From NCBI RefSeq assembly GCF_001194135.2, contig NC_068982.1:57145537-57191088 (forward strand): a stretch of 45,552 nucleotides of DNA. The letters are read 5' to 3'. The notes beneath the pieces were generated by a model. The model was not told the DNA's origin. It saw only the letters and a list, made by a program, of their open reading frames with translations, and made no database searches. Position 1 is the stretch's first letter, and each line of letters begins with the position of its first letter. Shown here in pieces: positions 40,622 to 45,552 of the stretch. The DNA is from Octopus bimaculoides. Taxonomy: Eukaryota. Made by a program: the position numbers and the translations under genes.

Positions 40622-41416
40622 ATACACACACTTGAAATAAACACATTTTAATATCAATTCAATTATTTTATACGTATAAAATATCAGCGGAAGATTCTGT
40701 TTATCTTAAGCAGGTTTGAAATTGCTTATGTCACAAAATTTCATATTTATGAAACAATAGCGAGGTGTCACGCTTTTATTCGGTCTGTAAGAAAGAGCAA
40801 CCAAACTTTCATCAAATCATTTTGTCCCGCTTGAAAAGCATGAAGGACATAATGAATAATGTGTTCTTAATTAAGCTATCTGAAAATTATAGACGCGATG
40901 GCTATGGCCTGAACAAACAGGTTAGATTTCTATCTCCCACTAAAGACAGAGTCGGATCTACCCATTACTAATTGCATATTTTCATGAACTATATCTGCCA
41001 ACATTATGAAGTAACTCCGAACCCCCAGAAACAGCTGTCGAACTTGGAAAACTATATTTTCTCCCCTTAAATTTTCTGTGTCTTTATACTCTGTGCAAGT
41101 TTGCCCTTTTAATATATAAATATCTTCATATTTTGTACTGTTATCGCCTGAAGAATTTCAGCTTTTTCTTTCTATGTATTTACACGTATACACCTATGTA
41201 TATTCTGTATATCTGGCTTAAACGGTTTTATTTTTTATTTGCATCATTGTCTCCATATCTGATAACCTAGATTCCACTTATAACCATTCCTTACCCGTCT
41301 TCGGTAAAGATTTCGGAGTGTAGATTCAAATCATTTGAGCTCTACAAAGTGTTATGTATATTGAGCATCTCTGGTTCTCATTTGTTGACTACACCAATCC
41401 TCCACACATATGAATA

Positions 41417-41607
41417 TATTCTTTTCTACTCTAGGCACGAGGCCCGAAATGTTGGGGGAAGGCGCCAGTCGATTAGATCGACTCCAGTACGCAACTGGTA
41501 CTAAATGTTTCGACATCGGCCGAATTTGAACTCAAAACATAAAGATAGGCGAATTACCGCTAAGCATTTCGCCCGGCGTGCTAACGTTTCTGCCACTTCG
41601 CCGCCTT
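41417..41607 (-). mobile_element. SINE family B
   Basis: Minus strand reads AAGGCGGCGAAGTGGCAGAAACGTTAGCACGCCGGGCG...GAGTTCAAATTC (tRNA-like A and B boxes)...GGCCTCGTGCCTAGAGTAGAAAAG. About 11 copies occur in the window. Confidence 0.85.
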
Positions 41608-42047
41608 ACATAAATGTATATATTAGTATTCAGCAGAAACTACTCAGTGACTCTAGGATCGAGGGTTTAATGCATTGACACTTGTAAAACTAAATAAGGG
41701 CCAAATTTTGATTTCTGTTTTACCTGTATGTATGTATGTATGTATGTATGTATATATATATGTATATATATATATNNNNNNNNNNNNNNNNNNNNNNNNN
41801 NNNNNNNNNNNNNNNNNNNNNNNNNNNNNNNNNNNNNNNNNNNNNNNNNNNNNNNNNNNNNNNNNNNNNNNNNNNNNNNNNNNNNNNNNNNNNNNNNNNN
41901 NNNNNNNNNNNNNNNNNNNNNNNNNNNNNNNNNNNNNNNNNNNNNNNNNNNNNNNNNNNNNNNNNNNNNNNNNNNNNNNNNNNNNNNNNNNNTATATATA
42001 TATATACACATATACATATACATATACATGCATGTATATATATATAT

Positions 42048-42365
42048 TAATAGTAATGGTAAGACAACAAAAGAATGAAAGAAACCTCGATATTATGTAA
42101 ATAGAGGAATTTATCTGTAATATAATATGTGACAATTATTCGGTTGCCATAATAAGACTCCGAGTTTCGGATGTTGGGGCGGAAACCTGTTCCAGCATCT
42201 CGTCAGTTATCTCGGCAATCAAAATATGCTATGAAAATGACCGTTAAACAAAAGGAAATTACTATATAACTGACCGTTATCAAGACAAAAGAGCTATTAG
42301 AATGACCGTTAAATAAGAGGAAAAACCGAAGGGGAGGAAGTAAAAAGTCAAGAAGTAAAAATGCT
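42048..42365 (-). mobile_element. Non-coding hammerhead-bearing repeat (Penelope pseudo-LTR-like or retrozyme-like) abutting a (TA)n microsatellite
   Basis: Contains the hammerhead at 42151-42211 and a pyrimidine-rich 5' part on the minus strand with three TGACCGTTA motifs. It ends at a TA/CA microsatellite. Boundaries are approximate and the classification is inferred. Confidence 0.5.
42151..42211 (-). ncRNA. Type I hammerhead ribozyme motif, catalytic core intact
   Basis: Minus strand reads GATAA-CTGACGA-GATGCTGG-(14 nt loop)-CCAACATC-C-GAAA-CTCGGAG-TC^TTATT. It has CUGANGA and GAAA cores, stem II 7/8 paired, stem III ACT/AGT, a GUC triplet, and stem I GAUAA/UUAUU. Confidence 0.75.
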
Positions 42366-42389
42366 CATAGCAATCGCGTATGCGCGAAT

Positions 42390-42905
42390 GTACATGCACA
42401 GGTGCGCACGCACACCCACGTACATGTGCCTATATGCATATGCTCACTCACACTCGCATGAAACACATACATGCGCACCCACACATACGCCAATAGATGC
42501 ACATGCATATGCAACCATGCATGTACACGTATACATATCCACATACACGCGCGCATACACACACACACACACGTGCACATACCCATACGCGCACAATTAT
42601 ATTCAAATACACGTTTAAAAATACGCACATGCTATATATGCATATGCTCACTCACACTCACGTGGAACACATGCATGTACACCCACATATATAAGCAGCC
42701 ATACACATGTACATATGCATGTACATATATACATGCCCGCACACACGCACACACACACGATGTACACATATGCATATCCACACACCCACGCGCGCACACA
42801 CACACACACACGTGTACATACTCATATGCGCACAATTGTGTTCAAATGCACGTCTAAAATACGTACATGCTTTATATGCATATGCTCACTCACACTCGCG
42901 TGAAG
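42390..42905. repeat. Degenerate purine-pyrimidine minisatellite, about 204-238 bp unit
   Basis: TATATGCATATGCTCACTCACACTC recurs at 42431, 42635 and 42873. GCGCACAATT-T-TTCAAAT-CACGT recurs twice. Confidence 0.8.
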
Positions 42906-43980
42906 CACTCGTATATATATATATATATGTGGGTGTACATACTTTAATGGTAAGGTCATCCAATAATCATCCCTTGCATCTTTTCACAAATACACTGCTT
43001 GAAAGCATCTCCTTCTCCGCCATCATCTTCTTCTCCAGCGGAGCTTGAAGTAAAAAGGCTTGCTCGAAGAGGAAAATGTCTCTCAGCGGTCACTTCAGCT
43101 CCGTTCAATCATATTCATTATCGCCCAAGATAGAGGAAAATTTCCCGGCCCTCTCGTCAAAAGGAAGACAGAGACGTTATTTTCAAGATGGGTTCGAATG
43201 GTAGCAGGAAATGTTCTACACACAACAAATTGCGTTCAACAAAACCTTATAAGTCAAACATACGCGGACACTGAACGAGTACGTACCAGACTCGGACGAT
43301 GAACGGCACATACTTTATCAATGACCGAATTATTTAAACATTCCGTGGTCGATAAACTGTAAAATCAGCCAAGTACTGTGGTTGATATAATCAATTGCTT
43401 ACTTTTATCACACTTCTGGCCATGCGGCTATGTTAGGAATGATTATTAAAGGCGTCGAAAAGACAGAGCCGTTCGGGCGCAGGACAAAATGCTTTGTGCT
43501 TTATGTTTTCACTGTTTACAATATATGCACACGCCTTCCCTACTGGAACTTTCTGGACTGACTTTCTCTCAACTCAGTTGTAGGGTGATATGATCAATAC
43601 ACTCGTAACAAATGCCAAATCCTTGCCCACCCGGATGCCTTCCCTAAACTAGATCCCAGCATCGTAACAGGAGCGCTAGTTCATCGACTCACGGTGCTGG
43701 CCGGTGTGGATTTGATTTCAGAGTTAAGCCTACCGACTCGCTGTTGTTAATACATTTTATACCCCTTAATCGATTTCTATTGTGTTTGATACTGCTACCA
43801 TGACGTCGTCTGCGTGTCCCGATCCGGCTCTCTCACGTTCCAGGTCGCGTGCAATGCTTTTCATTATATCTTGCTCCCACAGCGATAGCTAAGAGACAAG
43901 TCGTTCAGATACAATGATAGAGGGTACTCTTCATAGACCTAGTGCATGATTCAAAAACCTTCCCGATAATTATCATTTAG

Positions 43981-44073
43981 TATAACGACTGAGCTAATGC
44001 TGCTGTTCACTGACATGATGAGCCAAGATCTGGGATCGGAATTGAAACCATCTAGATTAATATCAACTGCTAA
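43981..44073 (+). CDS. Candidate 93-bp internal exon, unknown product
   Basis: Acceptor TATCATTTAG| and donor |GTAAGG; length divisible by 3; one open frame (ITTELMLLFTDMMSQDLGSELKPSRLISTA). No recognisable homology. Confidence 0.2.
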
Positions 44074-45322
44074 GTAAGGATGATCGACCTCATAATGTAG
44101 TAAAGATTTTTTGAGATTTATCTTTTTACACAATTGTTGGAGATTTATCTATTTACAAATACATGATTTGATATTAAACTTAAAAATACCGAAGCTGAAA
44201 ACAAAATATATGAACACAAAGAGTATTTGTTTTATCTTAACAGATGAATAAATGAATAGACAAGGGAGAGAATATTTGAATATATGATATACTAAAGAGA
44301 GAGGAAGCAATAAGTAGAAGGTTGAGAATATATAATGAAACATGGAGGGAAGATTTCCTTGACATTTTTGAACAAAGAAATAGAAATGTGATTGAAAAAT
44401 GCATGAGATCATAATTAGGAAGATTCAAATCGAAAATAACAATATGTGAAGAGAAAATGATAGTAAAGCAGAACGAAAGAGAAGTGGTGATTGTCAATAT
44501 AAAGATGTGATATTATAAGGAAGACACTTGGTGGCAGACAAGTGGAAGGGAATGGTAGAGAAAGGTGGAATGGCGAAACAAAGAATACGTTTTGTTTAAG
44601 AGAAATGGTATTTTGATGACAGAAAATTGTAGAAAGAATGAACATTTGTGAGAACGAATCAGATAGTGAAACTATGATAGAGAGATACAAATTGAGTAAT
44701 TACTTCGTTAAGCGCCCTCACACATATTCGCTACCACAGTACCAATACCAAGAGGGTGGTTTTCCCTATACTAGAAAGAACCCGCCTAATCAGAAGAGTG
44801 TAGTTACTCGCTATAAAAGGTAGAGTCAAAATGTGTGAAACATTCATCAAGTTAAGCTTGTAATAAAATTTTCATGTGCAATGCCAACCACACTCGTTCC
44901 CATATGTACATACATACAGTGATACACTCACACACACACATTCTCGCATATATAATGATATAAAGACACTGGCAGACACACATACACACGTATTTGTGTA
45001 CGTGTGTGTGTGTATACGAAAGAGATTTGTTGCTCAGGGAGAGATAATCATTTCTAAGTATATCCTTCTTTTCTCTTCTTTGGAAAATGTTTTTCAAAGA
45101 GTGAAAAGAAATAGAAGAGGATACATACTATTGCATATAATTCTTTTATTATTATTCTTTATTATCATCATAGTAGCCATGTAAGATATCATTTCATCCT
45201 CTTTTGGAATCTTAAGCAGGCACTACTTGAAATTTTCGAATTATTTTATCTCTAAGTTATTTTGTAAAGAAGAACTAAAGTTAAAGTTAACGACGATCGT
45301 TTTTTTCCCTTATAACAGTGTA

Positions 45323-45519
45323 CAGTAATCCCTCGACTATCGCGAGTATTACGTTCCAAAACGATAGGCGAAAATCCGCGAAGTAGAAACAGTAACGTAC
45401 TGTATATTTTCTTATTTTTCTAATTTGTATATATTTATTTTATTATAAATGCAAAACACCACCACAGAGGACTCGACGTAAGCTTAAATAATAAACCGCG
45501 ATATGGCAAGGGATTACTG
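45323..45519. mobile_element. Tc1/mariner (Tigger/pogo-like) MITE
   Basis: TIRs CAGTAATCCCTCGACTATCGCG and CGCGATATGGCAAGGGATTACTG, flanked by TA on both sides. Confidence 0.85.
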
Positions 45520-45552
45520 TAGATATATATATATATATATATATATAACCTT

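Noticed and set aside
42238-42311. CRISPR-like repeat-spacer array
   Set aside because: The repeat is only 9 bp with three units, in a eukaryotic context with no cas genes.

Overview
AT-rich, gene-poor eukaryotic DNA from a gapped short-read assembly (10 N-gaps, nearly all bordered by microsatellites). The repeat families and the extreme microsatellite load point to a coleoid cephalopod, probably Octopus (inference). No host protein-coding gene could be supported. Almost all listed ORFs are microsatellite or gap artefacts; only two weak candidate exons remain. The window contains two abundant tRNA-headed SINE families (A and B), two further interspersed repeat families, two Tc1/mariner-type MITEs, and decayed fragments of a Penelope-like element (RT + GIY-YIG), an RTE LINE, a CR1/L2/Jockey-group LINE and a Gypsy gag. 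The most interesting unexplained signal is a set of dispersed minimal type-I hammerhead ribozyme motifs. One (42151-42211, minus strand) has an intact catalytic core and a GUC cleavage triplet. These motifs sit in short non-coding repeats next to microsatellites, suggesting Penelope-derived or retrozyme-like elements. The window also shows a LINE 3' end that matches the SINE A tail.
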